NCBI GenBank assembly: GCA_965223665.1
Contig: OZ245011.1
Coordinates: 224,001-288,000, forward strand
DNA: 64,000 nt
From: Nitrospinaceae bacterium
GTDB lineage: Bacteria; Nitrospinota; Nitrospinia; Nitrospinales; Nitrospinaceae
Direction: 5' to 3'
A program made the position numbers and the translations under genes. The notes under the pieces are model-generated. The model did not search any database. It was not told where the DNA came from and saw only the letters and a list, made by a program, of their open reading frames with translations. Positions 7,883-16,968 of the stretch are shown here, in pieces. The stretch's first letter is position 1; each line of letters opens with the position of its first letter.

Positions 7883-9592
7883 ATGTTGAAAAATAAAATA
7901 TCATTAAAAGGATGGTTAGTTGGGTTTATTGCCCTTCTGGTTTTAGCTGTTCCCATTGCTTCAATGGCACAGCAACAACCCGACCCCGTCCAGCAAGACC
8001 GCTTAGAACTTGGTAAGAAGGTTTACTATAAGCGTTGCGTTTGGTGTCATGGCGTAGAAGGGGGCGGTGATGGACCTTCTGCGGATCGTTTGTTTACTCG
8101 GCCTCGGAATTTTATTCAAGGGACATTTAAAATTCGTTGGACTGATTCCGGTGAATTACCCTTGGACAGGAATTTGGAGGATACAGTTAAAAATGGATTA
8201 CCTGGATCAGCAATGCCTGCTTGGGGTGAATTCTTAAGTCCGGAAGAAATTAAATCTGTTGTTCAATTTGTTAAAACCTTGGTTCAGGACCGAGATTTTA
8301 GCGATGAGGACGAGGAAGTTAATGTTCAGGATTTTGGTAAGAATCCATGGAATACAGCGGAGCCTTATCATACTGGAGTTCCTCAGGAAGCCATTGACCA
8401 AGGAAAAGAAATTTTTGTTAAAAATAAATGTTGGGAGTGTCATGGTGGCGAAGGCCGTGGTGATGGTAACCCAACTATGAAAGATGATTGGGGATTTCAA
8501 ATTTTTGCTGCAGATTGGCAGCAATGTTGGAACTTTAGAGGATCTAGAAGAAAGCATTTTGATCCTTTCAATGTGGTCCGAACAATAACCACAGGTTTGA
8601 ATGGGACTCCAATGCCTAACTTTAAAGATCAAATTACTTTAGAGGATCGATGGAAGTTGGCGGCATTTGTTAATTCTCTTTGTCCTCGAAAGAAAATTGA
8701 TCCTCTAACAAATAAACCCATTAATGATTCTTTGATCGGTTCAAAGTTTACTGAAGGACCAGTATCAACGGACTTTAATGATCCAATGTGGCAGGCCCCA
8801 GAGCATGATCCAAATATTGTTGCTAGGCCTGCTGATTATGCCGGTGATCAAAAGTGGCATTATATAGCTTTAGCTGGTCAGATCACCCGAGGGGAAAGAA
8901 ATTTCCGACCTAAAGCTGATAATCTCTGGGTAATGTCTCGATGGAGTCAAGAAGAGCAAGCGGTTTATTATTTGGTGGAATACCACAACCGTTTCTTGTC
9001 TCAAGACTCAGCGTATCCGGATGGGGTTGCCATTCAGTGGCCGGGTCAGTTGGAAGATCTCTTTGGGGCGGAAAAGCCTTATTTTATTTACGGAGATTCC
9101 AAGAAGCCTGTTGATATTTGGAAAGCCAACTTCATGGCCAAAAACTATGATCCTACTAACCCACCTAATCCAGAGGGTTATGATTTAGATATTGGAGTTA
9201 AAGAATTAGTTGGTAAAGGATTTCAGGATGTAACCGAAAAGGAAACCCCGGGTGGAGTTACGGTAGTTAACTCAAAATTCCATCAAGGCCGTGTGAAGGT
9301 TATGTTTAAACGGACATTGACTACGGATAATCCAAATAAAACCGATGTTCAATTACCGACCGAAAAATATGTTCCTGTTTCTTTTATGGAATGGTCCGGT
9401 TGGGATAAAGAGCATGATGAGCACATGGCAATTTCCACTTGGGTATACACCCTTCTAGAGCCACCTGTTCCATTGGGAAAAATGTATATGATGGCAGGTA
9501 TTATGGCTACTGCTTTCTTCGGTTTTCAAATGTGGTTAGTTTGGATGACCAAAAGAACCCGAAAGATGTATGACGAAGGGAAAGCTAAGTAA
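7883..9592 (+). CDS. Diheme cytochrome c fused to an EB_dh/DMSO-reductase gamma-like heme-b domain (NxrC-like candidate) with C-terminal TM anchor
   Basis: Signal peptide, CVWCH and CWECH motifs. The C-terminal domain has DGVAIQWP, KPYFIYGDSKKPVDIW, VMFKRTL and VSFMEWSG, typical of this family. Hydrophobic C-terminal helix. Confidence 0.75.
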   Translation: MLKNKISLKGWLVGFIALLVLAVPIASMAQQQPDPVQQDRLELGKKVYYKRCVWCHGVEGGGDGPSADRLFTRPRNFIQGTFKIRWTDSGELPLDRNLEDTVKNGLPGSAMPAWGEFLSPEEIKSVVQFVKTLVQDRDFSDEDEEVNVQDFGKNPWNTAEPYHTGVPQEAIDQGKEIFVKNKCWECHGGEGRGDGNPTMKDDWGFQIFAADWQQCWNFRGSRRKHFDPFNVVRTITTGLNGTPMPNFKDQITLEDRWKLAAFVNSLCPRKKIDPLTNKPINDSLIGSKFTEGPVSTDFNDPMWQAPEHDPNIVARPADYAGDQKWHYIALAGQITRGERNFRPKADNLWVMSRWSQEEQAVYYLVEYHNRFLSQDSAYPDGVAIQWPGQLEDLFGAEKPYFIYGDSKKPVDIWKANFMAKNYDPTNPPNPEGYDLDIGVKELVGKGFQDVTEKETPGGVTVVNSKFHQGRVKVMFKRTLTTDNPNKTDVQLPTEKYVPVSFMEWSGWDKEHDEHMAISTWVYTLLEPPVPLGKMYMMAGIMATAFFGFQMWLVWMTKRTRKMYDEGKAK

Positions 9593-9624
9593 TTAAGTGA
9601 TCTAAGCAACGCACTTAAAAATAT

Positions 9625-9656
9625 AAAGGCCCACCAATTTGGTGGGCCTTTTTTTT
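9625..9656 (+). terminator. Rho-independent terminator of the respiratory operon
   Basis: AAAGGCCCACCA-att-TGGTGGGCCTTT followed by a T run. Confidence 0.9.
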
Positions 9657-9709
9657 ATTAAATAATTAAAAGAAAAGATCAATAATTAGAAATTATGGGT
9701 GGGTTTTTC

Positions 9710-9961
9710 TTAGTGGCTTACCTGTTCAAGGTCCATGTTTCCTTCGATGATTTCTCGAAGGGCGAGCTCATAGAATGATTTTGGTGATTCGTATTCGTTC
9801 TCTCCTACTTCAATGATGGGCTGGGCACCTTTTTCCAATTGATGGATCCTCTGGGAAACTAAAATACAAAGTAAATATCTACTTTGAACTACATCCAAAG
9901 CCAGTTTCTCATATTCCAGAATTTCCTGCATTGCATCACCAACTACAAACATTGTTTCCAT
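9710..9961 (-). CDS. rpoZ: RNA polymerase omega subunit
   Basis: 83 aa with SRYLLCILVSQRIHQL and ALREI motifs; AGGA RBS upstream of ATG 9961. Confidence 0.75.
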   Translation of the reverse strand: METMFVVGDAMQEILEYEKLALDVVQSRYLLCILVSQRIHQLEKGAQPIIEVGENEYESPKSFYELALREIIEGNMDLEQVSH

Positions 9962-10038
9962 GACAATCCTTTTTGGGAAGTTAAATATTATTTCTATGAT
10001 AATTATAAAATGATAATGCTAATAAACCTAAGGGTTTT

Positions 10039-11070
10039 TTAAAAAAACTCTTTGGATATTAAAAGAATTTGATCAACGTGTTCTCTTATTACATGTCTAT
10101 TAAATACAGCTCGGATGAGTCCGTTTTCCATCAGGAGCATTTTGACACCTTTATTCTCAAGGAATTTTACATAATCCTCTGAAGACCTATTGGTTGATTG
10201 TATTTCAAAAAAAATTATGTTGGTTTTAACTGCTTCCAGGTCGAGTTTAACGTCTTTTATTTTACTTAACCCTGAAGCCAATGCTTTAGCATTGTTATGG
10301 TCCTCTTTAATTTGTATTTCAGGATTTTGTAATGCTAAAATTCCTGCTGCGGCAAGATGACCGGCTTGTCTCATACCTCCACCCAGCATTTTTCTCCATT
10401 TTCTTGCTTTTTCAATCCATTCCCTCGTCCCACATATTAAGGAGCCCACTGGTGCTGAAAGCCCCTTGGATAAGCAAAACATCACAGAATCTACACTGCG
10501 AACCAATTCTTTAACATTCACGGATAAAGCTACCGCGGAATTAAATATCCTTGCTCCATCTAAATGAATTTTTAGTTGATACTTTGCAGCTAATTCCTTT
10601 ACCTGGTCAAAGTAGTCTGGAGGGATAGGAGAGCCGCAACAGTAATTATGCGAGTTTTCCAAACAGATTAACTTGGTTGGCGGAAAATGGAGATCCCGTT
10701 TACGAATATTCTTCTTAATTATTTCTAGTGGAATAGTTCCATCTGATGAATTGGGAACAGGGTGAGGATGAACTCCCCCTAAAGCAGCAACACCTCCAAC
10801 CTCATTGACAAAAATATGACTTTTTTCCCCTAATATTATTTCGTCTCCACGTTGGCAATGGGTGAGCAGGCTTACAAGGTTTCCCATGGTTCCACTGGGA
10901 ACGAATAGAGCGGCTTCTTTTCCCATGGTATTTGCAGCAAGACTTTGTAATTCATGGATTGTTGGATCTTCATCAAACACATCATCTCCTACAACTGCTT
11001 CGGCCATAGCCTGACGCATTGCATCTGTAGGTAGCGTAAACGTATCGCTTCTTAAATCGATAATTTCCAT
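10039..11070 (-). CDS. ltaE: Low-specificity L-threonine aldolase
   Basis: IDLRSDT, PSGTMGN, HLDGARIFN and CLSKGLSAPVGS motifs. Start moved to MEIIDLRSD (11070). Confidence 0.93.
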   Translation of the reverse strand: MEIIDLRSDTFTLPTDAMRQAMAEAVVGDDVFDEDPTIHELQSLAANTMGKEAALFVPSGTMGNLVSLLTHCQRGDEIILGEKSHIFVNEVGGVAALGGVHPHPVPNSSDGTIPLEIIKKNIRKRDLHFPPTKLICLENSHNYCCGSPIPPDYFDQVKELAAKYQLKIHLDGARIFNSAVALSVNVKELVRSVDSVMFCLSKGLSAPVGSLICGTREWIEKARKWRKMLGGGMRQAGHLAAAGILALQNPEIQIKEDHNNAKALASGLSKIKDVKLDLEAVKTNIIFFEIQSTNRSSEDYVKFLENKGVKMLLMENGLIRAVFNRHVIREHVDQILLISKEFF

Positions 11071-11096
11071 AGTGAATGATAGAGCTTGAAAGTTTT

Positions 11097-11414
11097 TTAC
11101 TTCCGAGTTTCTTTTTCTAGTCTTGATTTTTTTATTCGATAATAAGCCAATGAAATGAAAAATACGGGAATGACAAACCCCCCTATAATAATTTTTCCAA
11201 TCCAATCTCTGGGAAACCCAAGGTCCGTGAAAATTAGGAATTCTTGCATGACACTATAAGCCAAAAAAACGGAAACAATAAGAACATAACCAATACGTTT
11301 AGATCCTTTGTTTCCGGGAAAGATTATAGAATAAGCAATGAAATTCAATCCCAGAAAAACAATACCATTTAAGAACATTAAATAAATAATATTATTTTGA
11401 GTTTGAGACAACAA
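11097..11414 (-). CDS. Hypothetical 3-TM membrane protein
   Basis: 105-aa ORF with three hydrophobic segments, co-oriented upstream of ltaE. Confidence 0.6.
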   Translation of the reverse strand: MLSQTQNNIIYLMFLNGIVFLGLNFIAYSIIFPGNKGSKRIGYVLIVSVFLAYSVMQEFLIFTDLGFPRDWIGKIIIGGFVIPVFFISLAYYRIKKSRLEKETRK

Positions 11415-11521
11415 GGTAAAGACTCTCTTAGGTGATTTAGTTAGGTCATTTTATCCATAAACGAATAGATAATAAAGCCTTGAAGTGAGGAAGTCAGAAA
11501 GAATTCAGAATATATGAAAAT

Positions 11522-11554
11522 AAAAAAGCCCTGAAGACAGAGTCTTCAGGGCTT
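11522..11554 (-). terminator. Rho-independent terminator after the amtB-porin pair
   Basis: AAGCCCTGAAGAC-aga-GTCTTCAGGGCTT with a T tract on the minus strand. Confidence 0.9.
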
Positions 11555-11579
11555 AAAAGAAGGAGGTAGAGCAAATTCA

Positions 11580-12764
11580 CTAGAAGTGAATTAAGGTATT
11601 TAAAGCAAAAGTGTCCTGGCTGTCCGTACCCATTCCCATATCATCCTCAAAGGAATTTTGATTCGACTCATCGTGTCGATATTCAAACCTGACAACCATG
11701 TTTTCATGAATGCGAAACTCAGGGGTTAATGTGATCTCCCAGAGTTTATTATTAATCATTCCGGAACCAATTCCATCCTGATCATTGAAGTGGGCTCCTC
11801 TCAAGTTGATCGAAAACCATTTGTTGACATCGTATCGAACGATTCCTGCAAATCCGAACCAGTATGCAGTTCCACCCGTAGGGTCGGTTCCTTCTTCGTT
11901 ACCTAAATCGGCATTCAACTGAAGTGAAAGTTGATTAGTTAAAGCAATGTCAACCACGACGTCAAAAATATTTCGCCATGCATTTGCGGCAACTTCATTA
12001 CCGCCGACCCAATTAAATAAAACTCCAATGTTTTCATTGGGGTGATAACCAACCTGGACTCCGAGAGTTTTATCTGTATTATTGTCGTTCACTCCAAACC
12101 CTTCCCAGTTATTTGCAAACATAAATAGGAAGCTCCATTGATCATTTAGGTCATAGGTTGTGCGTATACCTGTGTGAGTAAAAGGAATTCCTAAACCAAA
12201 GACAAAAGTTCTGGAAAAGTTCATATTCCAACCATCATAACCCTCAAATACCTCAGCCCCTACATGAGTGACAAACTTACCAACATCGACCGTTAGACCA
12301 TTACCAATTGGAACCACCCAAGTGACATAACCCTGTTGGACGTCAAAGTCATCATTTCCGGGGGCATTATTGGGATTACCCGTGATCACAGGTCCGACAG
12401 CTGAACTTCCCGGGCGTTGAGCAACTTCGGGTAAACTGAAACCAAATGTTAGATCGACGCGAAACCCAATGTCTCCTTTATCCTCTGCCGCTTTTAGAAG
12501 GACTAATTCTCCATTATCGAATTTAAAACTATTGTCATCCACGTCAAATATTCTTAAACAGGCTTGACCTGCAAAGGCAGGATTTCCACAGTTAGTTTGG
12601 GATAAGGGCCTATTGGTGTTATAAGTATATGAAGAAGATACAAATCCATGAATTTCAATATCATCTAATACTTTGAACATGTTCTTCCCTGAATGAGCGG
12701 GCGAAGCTAACCCCACAAATAAAAGGAATCCCATAAAATAAACTATAGAGCGATTTAATTTCAT
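11580..12764 (-). CDS. Outer-membrane beta-barrel porin (BBP2/OmpL-like family)
   Basis: Signal peptide, alternating beta-strand pattern, GKFVTHVGAE, PFTHTG and RFEYRHD motifs, terminal Phe. Confidence 0.8.
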   Translation of the reverse strand: MKLNRSIVYFMGFLLFVGLASPAHSGKNMFKVLDDIEIHGFVSSSYTYNTNRPLSQTNCGNPAFAGQACLRIFDVDDNSFKFDNGELVLLKAAEDKGDIGFRVDLTFGFSLPEVAQRPGSSAVGPVITGNPNNAPGNDDFDVQQGYVTWVVPIGNGLTVDVGKFVTHVGAEVFEGYDGWNMNFSRTFVFGLGIPFTHTGIRTTYDLNDQWSFLFMFANNWEGFGVNDNNTDKTLGVQVGYHPNENIGVLFNWVGGNEVAANAWRNIFDVVVDIALTNQLSLQLNADLGNEEGTDPTGGTAYWFGFAGIVRYDVNKWFSINLRGAHFNDQDGIGSGMINNKLWEITLTPEFRIHENMVVRFEYRHDESNQNSFEDDMGMGTDSQDTFALNTLIHF

Positions 12765-12922
12765 TTATCCTCCTCCTGTTTTTCTTTGTAAAATGGGCTG
12801 TTATTGAAATAATTTTCTTACTGTAATAAAATCAATGACTTATCTTCTGGTAAGGGTAATGCCCTCAAAACGTCAAGTCAATTAATTATTTGATTTCATT
12901 GGAGTTATTTAAATACAAGAAT

Positions 12923-14212
12923 CTAAACCAAATTATAACCAGATTCCCCATGTTGAGAATTATCTAAACCAATTTCTTCATCCTCTTCTTCAACGCGAAA
13001 TCCAACTGTTTTTTCTATTATTATTACCAGGGCATAGGTTACGACAAATGAGTAGAGACCGGCTGCGGCGATACCGACCAGTTGAACCCAAACTTGGTTC
13101 AAGTTTCCGTCCAATAGACCAGTACCACCAACACTTACAAATAAACCGGTGGCTAAGGCCCCCCAGGCTCCTCCGACTCCGTGGATTCCAAATACATCCA
13201 AAGAATCGTCCAAGCCAAATTTAAACTTAGCCAAAACAGCTGAAAAGCAAATTACTCCAGCTGCAAATCCTATAACTATGGACCATAAAGGAGTGACAAA
13301 ACCGGCGGCAGGTGTAATCGCGACCAGACCAGCGACAATACCAGATGCGGCACCCAGTGCACTGGGTTTTCCAGATTTTATATTTTCGGCGATGATCCAA
13401 CCTAACATTCCGGCACCCGTAGCAACTTGAGTATTTGTAAAAGCCAGCACCGCATTTTGATCAGCAGCTAAAGCACTCCCTGCATTAAACCCGAACCATC
13501 CAAACCAGAGTAGGCCTGCTCCCAAAAGGACAAAGGGTAGGTTGTGGGGAATCATCATGGGGCCTGGGTACCCTCGGCGCTTTTTAAGAATTAGAGCTGC
13601 GGCAAGACCTGCGGTTCCAGAAGAGATATGGACGACAGTTCCACCAGCGAAATCGAGGGCTCCTAAATCTCCCAACCATCCTCCGCCCCAAACCCAATGG
13701 CAAATTGGGTCATAAACAATGGTGGACCATACAAAAATAAATATAACGTAAGCAGTGAAGGAAATTCTTTCCGCTATACCACCGCTTATAAGAGCCACAG
13801 TAATAATCGCAAACATCAGTTGGAACATACAGAAAAGTAAATCAGGTATAGATCCATTCATGGTATTCATATCTATTCCTGATAAAAATGCTTTGTCTAA
13901 TCCTCCTATGAAATGACCTAAGTCTTCCCCAAAAGCCAAGGAATAACCCAATACCACCCACTGAATGCTTATAACTCCTAATGGGATAAAGCTGTGCATT
14001 AAGGTACTTAATACATTTTTCCTTCGCACCATACCGCCATAAAAAAAACCTAATCCTGGCAACATCAACATTACAAGTGCTGAGGAAACTAATATCCAAG
14101 ACGTATCGGCACCATTTAGAGGATTGGGGGTATCTGCTGCTTCAACAAAACTGGAAACTAATAAAATTACAATTAATAGTGAAAATACTCTAAATAATGT
14201 GTTTGCTTTCAT
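12923..14212 (-). CDS. amtB: Ammonium transporter
   Basis: DFAGGTVVH, LWFGWFGFNAGS and DDSLDVFGIHG; the twin His residues are intact. Confidence 0.97.
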   Translation of the reverse strand: MKANTLFRVFSLLIVILLVSSFVEAADTPNPLNGADTSWILVSSALVMLMLPGLGFFYGGMVRRKNVLSTLMHSFIPLGVISIQWVVLGYSLAFGEDLGHFIGGLDKAFLSGIDMNTMNGSIPDLLFCMFQLMFAIITVALISGGIAERISFTAYVIFIFVWSTIVYDPICHWVWGGGWLGDLGALDFAGGTVVHISSGTAGLAAALILKKRRGYPGPMMIPHNLPFVLLGAGLLWFGWFGFNAGSALAADQNAVLAFTNTQVATGAGMLGWIIAENIKSGKPSALGAASGIVAGLVAITPAAGFVTPLWSIVIGFAAGVICFSAVLAKFKFGLDDSLDVFGIHGVGGAWGALATGLFVSVGGTGLLDGNLNQVWVQLVGIAAAGLYSFVVTYALVIIIEKTVGFRVEEEDEEIGLDNSQHGESGYNLV

Positions 14213-14309
14213 CTTTATCCCCTGCCATTAGGTGGCCAAAAATCTGACAAAATTTAATAAAATTCTCCTGAGTTCTACTACGGTGTACTTGCAGGTTTTT
14301 TAGGTAATT

Positions 14310-14324
14310 TCAATTCCTGTACCG
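14310..14324 (-). promoter_or_regulatory. Candidate sigma54 promoter for amtB
   Basis: Minus strand reads CGGTAC-AGGAA-TTGA: GG-N10-GA, a non-canonical -12 element. Confidence 0.45.
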
Positions 14325-14439
14325 ACGGCAAGAAATATTAAAAATTAAATAAATATTTTATAACTTTATGAAAAACAATAGTTTAAGTGTGGTGAGTCTG
14401 TGGGAGGCAAACTTAACAAAAAGTTGTTAAAGGAAAATT

Positions 14440-14487
14440 TGCACTTTTAAAAAGCACTAACCCATGGAAATGCAATAAAAATGATCA
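14440..14487. promoter_or_regulatory. Two candidate NtrC-type enhancer sites, 31 bp apart
   Basis: TGCACTTTTAAAAAGCA (14440) and TGCAATAAAAATGATCA (14471) resemble TGCAC-N7-GTGCA. Confidence 0.4.
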
Positions 14488-14562
14488 AAATGGTAAAGAA
14501 TTTTGCGAAATTAACCGTGATAGTTTAGTGGAGGCTTTTGCTTGAGAAGCAAAATTTAGGTT

Positions 14563-14576
14563 GTCAAAAAAATGAC
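14563..14576. promoter_or_regulatory. Candidate FleQ/FlrA-type enhancer site
   Basis: Palindromic GTCA-AAAAAA-TGAC about 100 bp upstream of the fliL sigma54 promoter. Confidence 0.5.
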
Positions 14577-14674
14577 TTGAATTGAGCAGAGAAAATATTG
14601 TCGAGGAAGCAAAAAAATATTATTCCTTAACCTATTAAGCCTTAACGAGTTATATCAATTTTTTATTTGTTTCT

Positions 14675-14690
14675 TGGCATATTCTTTGCT
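14675..14690 (+). promoter_or_regulatory. Sigma54 promoter of fliLMN
   Basis: TGGCAT-ATTCT-TTGCT, a near-consensus -24/-12 element. Confidence 0.8.
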
Positions 14691-14795
14691 TATCTTTATC
14701 CCAAAATCTATTCAATTAATCTGGCTTTCACAAAGAATGGATTCTTATTAATGGCTAATAGTTCCATTAAATGAAGGCAAGTGAGGTAATGTTTC

Positions 14796-15320
14796 ATGGC
14801 TGAAGAACAACAAGCGGCCCCAGAAGCGCCGGTGGCGGTAGAAAGTCCACCTCCTAAAAAGTCTTCATCAAAGTTTATTTTTATTCTTTTATTTCTCCTT
14901 GCAGCAGGTGGTGGGGGTTACTTTGCTTACATCAAATATTTTCAACCTGCCATGCTGCAAACAGAATCTGATAACACTAAGTCCGAAGAGAAAGAATCCC
15001 AAAAAGAAGAACCTGCGAATGATGTGATGGTTCCCCTAGAGCCATTTCTGGTGAATTTAGCGGGAAGCGAAGGAAAAAGATTTCTGAAAGTTACCATTAC
15101 TTTGGAACTAAATGCTCCAGAAGTTCAAGCTGAAGTTCAGGCAAACAAGCAAAAAATTTTAGACTCTATTTTGGTTTTGCTAAGTAGTAAAACTTTCGAA
15201 GATGTCTATTCTGTCCAAGGTAAATTCAAGGTCAAGGATGAAGTGACCACGAGAGTGAATCGATTTTTAATAATGGGTCATATAAAGGATGTATATTTTT
15301 CTGAGTTTGTAATCCAATAA
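14796..15320 (+). CDS. fliL: Flagellar basal body-associated protein FliL
   Basis: N-terminal TM, LEPFLVNLA...RFLKV and VYFSEFVIQ motifs. Confidence 0.93.
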   Translation: MAEEQQAAPEAPVAVESPPPKKSSSKFIFILLFLLAAGGGGYFAYIKYFQPAMLQTESDNTKSEEKESQKEEPANDVMVPLEPFLVNLAGSEGKRFLKVTITLELNAPEVQAEVQANKQKILDSILVLLSSKTFEDVYSVQGKFKVKDEVTTRVNRFLIMGHIKDVYFSEFVIQ

Positions 15321-15382
15321 CGTAAACAGTTATAAAAATTCAACCATTAATTAAATCTAAGAAAATGAGTTAAGGAAAATAA

Positions 15383-16363
15383 ATGGGACAAGTATTATCA
15401 CAAGGTGAAGTAGATGCTCTTTTGCGTGGCGTAAGTGATGGTCAAGTTGACACTGAAACGGATGTTCCTGATGAAGTAAGTGGGGTGGTTCCCTATGATT
15501 TAACCAGTCAGGAAAAAATTATACGTGGAAGATTACCTACGCTTGACATTATCAACCAAATGTTTTCTCGCTTATTTAGAAATTCCTTTACCAATTTAAT
15601 GAGAAAGTCGGCTGACGTTAGTGCTGTTTCCACAGACTCAATTAAATTTGGAGAATTTTTGAGGTCACTTCCAGTTCCGTCCAGTTTGCATGTTTTTAGA
15701 ATGGAACCGTTACGCGGATTTGGATTAATGGTTATTGAAAGTCGCCTGGTATTTGCACTGGTCGATAACTTTTTTGGCGGAACTGGAGAAAATGAGGTTA
15801 AGTTTGCTGGTAGAGATTTTAGCGCAATCGAAATTAGGATGACCAAAAATGTAATTTTAACCGCCCTTGAAGATTGGGAAAAGGCATGGAAGCCAGTTCA
15901 TGCGGTTACTACAACTTATGTTCGGTCCGAGGTAAATCCTCAGTTTGCAGCTATAGTCCCTCCTACAGATGTGGTGCTCGTAATTGTTTTTGATATTGAA
16001 ATGGAAAACACCGCTGGATCAATTACTATTTGTATTCCCTACGCTGCTATAGAACCTATTGTTGGAAAATTGAAGGCAAACTTTCAAAGTGAGCAAATGG
16101 AGGCTGACCAAGTTTGGATAAAGCGATTACGTCATGAATTATTAAGGACTGATGTTGAGCTAGTTGCTGAACTTGGAAAAACTACTGTAAATCCACAGCA
16201 CTTAATGAATTTAAAAATTGGCGATACCCTTATGTTAGGAAATGACGTTTCAGACCCTTTGGAAATCCGGGTTGAAGGCTTAGCAAAGTTTATGGGTTTC
16301 CCCGGAGTGTCCCGTGGTATGAAAGCATTACAAATAACTAAAATAATGGAAAGTGAAGGATAA
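15383..16363 (+). CDS. fliM: Flagellar motor switch protein FliM
   Basis: [10 protein letters not shown] CheY-binding peptide, RSEVNPQF and a SpoA-like C-terminus. Confidence 0.96.
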   Translation: MGQVLSQGEVDALLRGVSDGQVDTETDVPDEVSGVVPYDLTSQEKIIRGRLPTLDIINQMFSRLFRNSFTNLMRKSADVSAVSTDSIKFGEFLRSLPVPSSLHVFRMEPLRGFGLMVIESRLVFALVDNFFGGTGENEVKFAGRDFSAIEIRMTKNVILTALEDWEKAWKPVHAVTTTYVRSEVNPQFAAIVPPTDVVLVIVFDIEMENTAGSITICIPYAAIEPIVGKLKANFQSEQMEADQVWIKRLRHELLRTDVELVAELGKTTVNPQHLMNLKIGDTLMLGNDVSDPLEIRVEGLAKFMGFPGVSRGMKALQITKIMESEG

Positions 16364-16368
16364 GTTTT

Positions 16369-16749
16369 ATGGCTGAAACTAATGATGAATTGGAAAATTT
16401 AGAAGACCTCGATAATGTAGATGATCTTAATACTGGTGTAGATACGGAAAGTGAAGAAGAATCAGAAGTTCCTGAATCAGGTGAAGAATCTGCAAATTTA
16501 GATTTAATTCTAGATATTCCCCTTACGGTGACTGTTGAACTGGGTAGATCAAAAATGCTCATCAACGACCTTTTGCAATTAGGGCAAGGATCTGTCATTG
16601 AATTGACAAAACTAGTGGGAGAGCCTCTTGAAGTCCTGGTAAATAAAAAGTTAGTTGCCAGAGGTGAAGTGGTTGTTGTGAACGAAAAATTTGGAGTCCG
16701 TTTAACCGATATTGTCTCACCAATGGAACGAGTTCAGTCCTTAGGATAG
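16369..16749 (+). CDS. fliN: Flagellar motor switch protein FliN
   Basis: [14 protein letters not shown]...[14 protein letters not shown]. Confidence 0.96.
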   Translation: MAETNDELENLEDLDNVDDLNTGVDTESEEESEVPESGEESANLDLILDIPLTVTVELGRSKMLINDLLQLGQGSVIELTKLVGEPLEVLVNKKLVARGEVVVVNEKFGVRLTDIVSPMERVQSLG

Positions 16750-16883
16750 TTTTAATTCTTCATTTTTTTATTAAGCTAAACCTACCTTGTTCCATACAGT
16801 CTTTAATAATTATATTTATAAGTTCTTTCCAATTAAATAAAGTCCCTAATTGGCCTTCCAGAAATCTCCCTGCAAATTATTTA

Positions 16884-16899
16884 CGGTATGGCCTTTGCA
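16884..16899 (+). promoter_or_regulatory. Sigma54 promoter of fliOPQR-flhB
   Basis: CGGTAT-GGCCT-TTGCA (GG-N10-GC). Confidence 0.7.
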
Positions 16900-16968
16900 A
16901 TTAATTAAGTAAAAGAAAAAATGATGGTTTTTTGACGCCCTCACTGTTTTCAAATTGCAAAGGAAGAC

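Noticed and set aside
11071-11205. N-terminal extension of ltaE in the ORF track
   Set aside because: It overlaps the upstream membrane-protein gene; family similarity begins at MEIIDLRSD.
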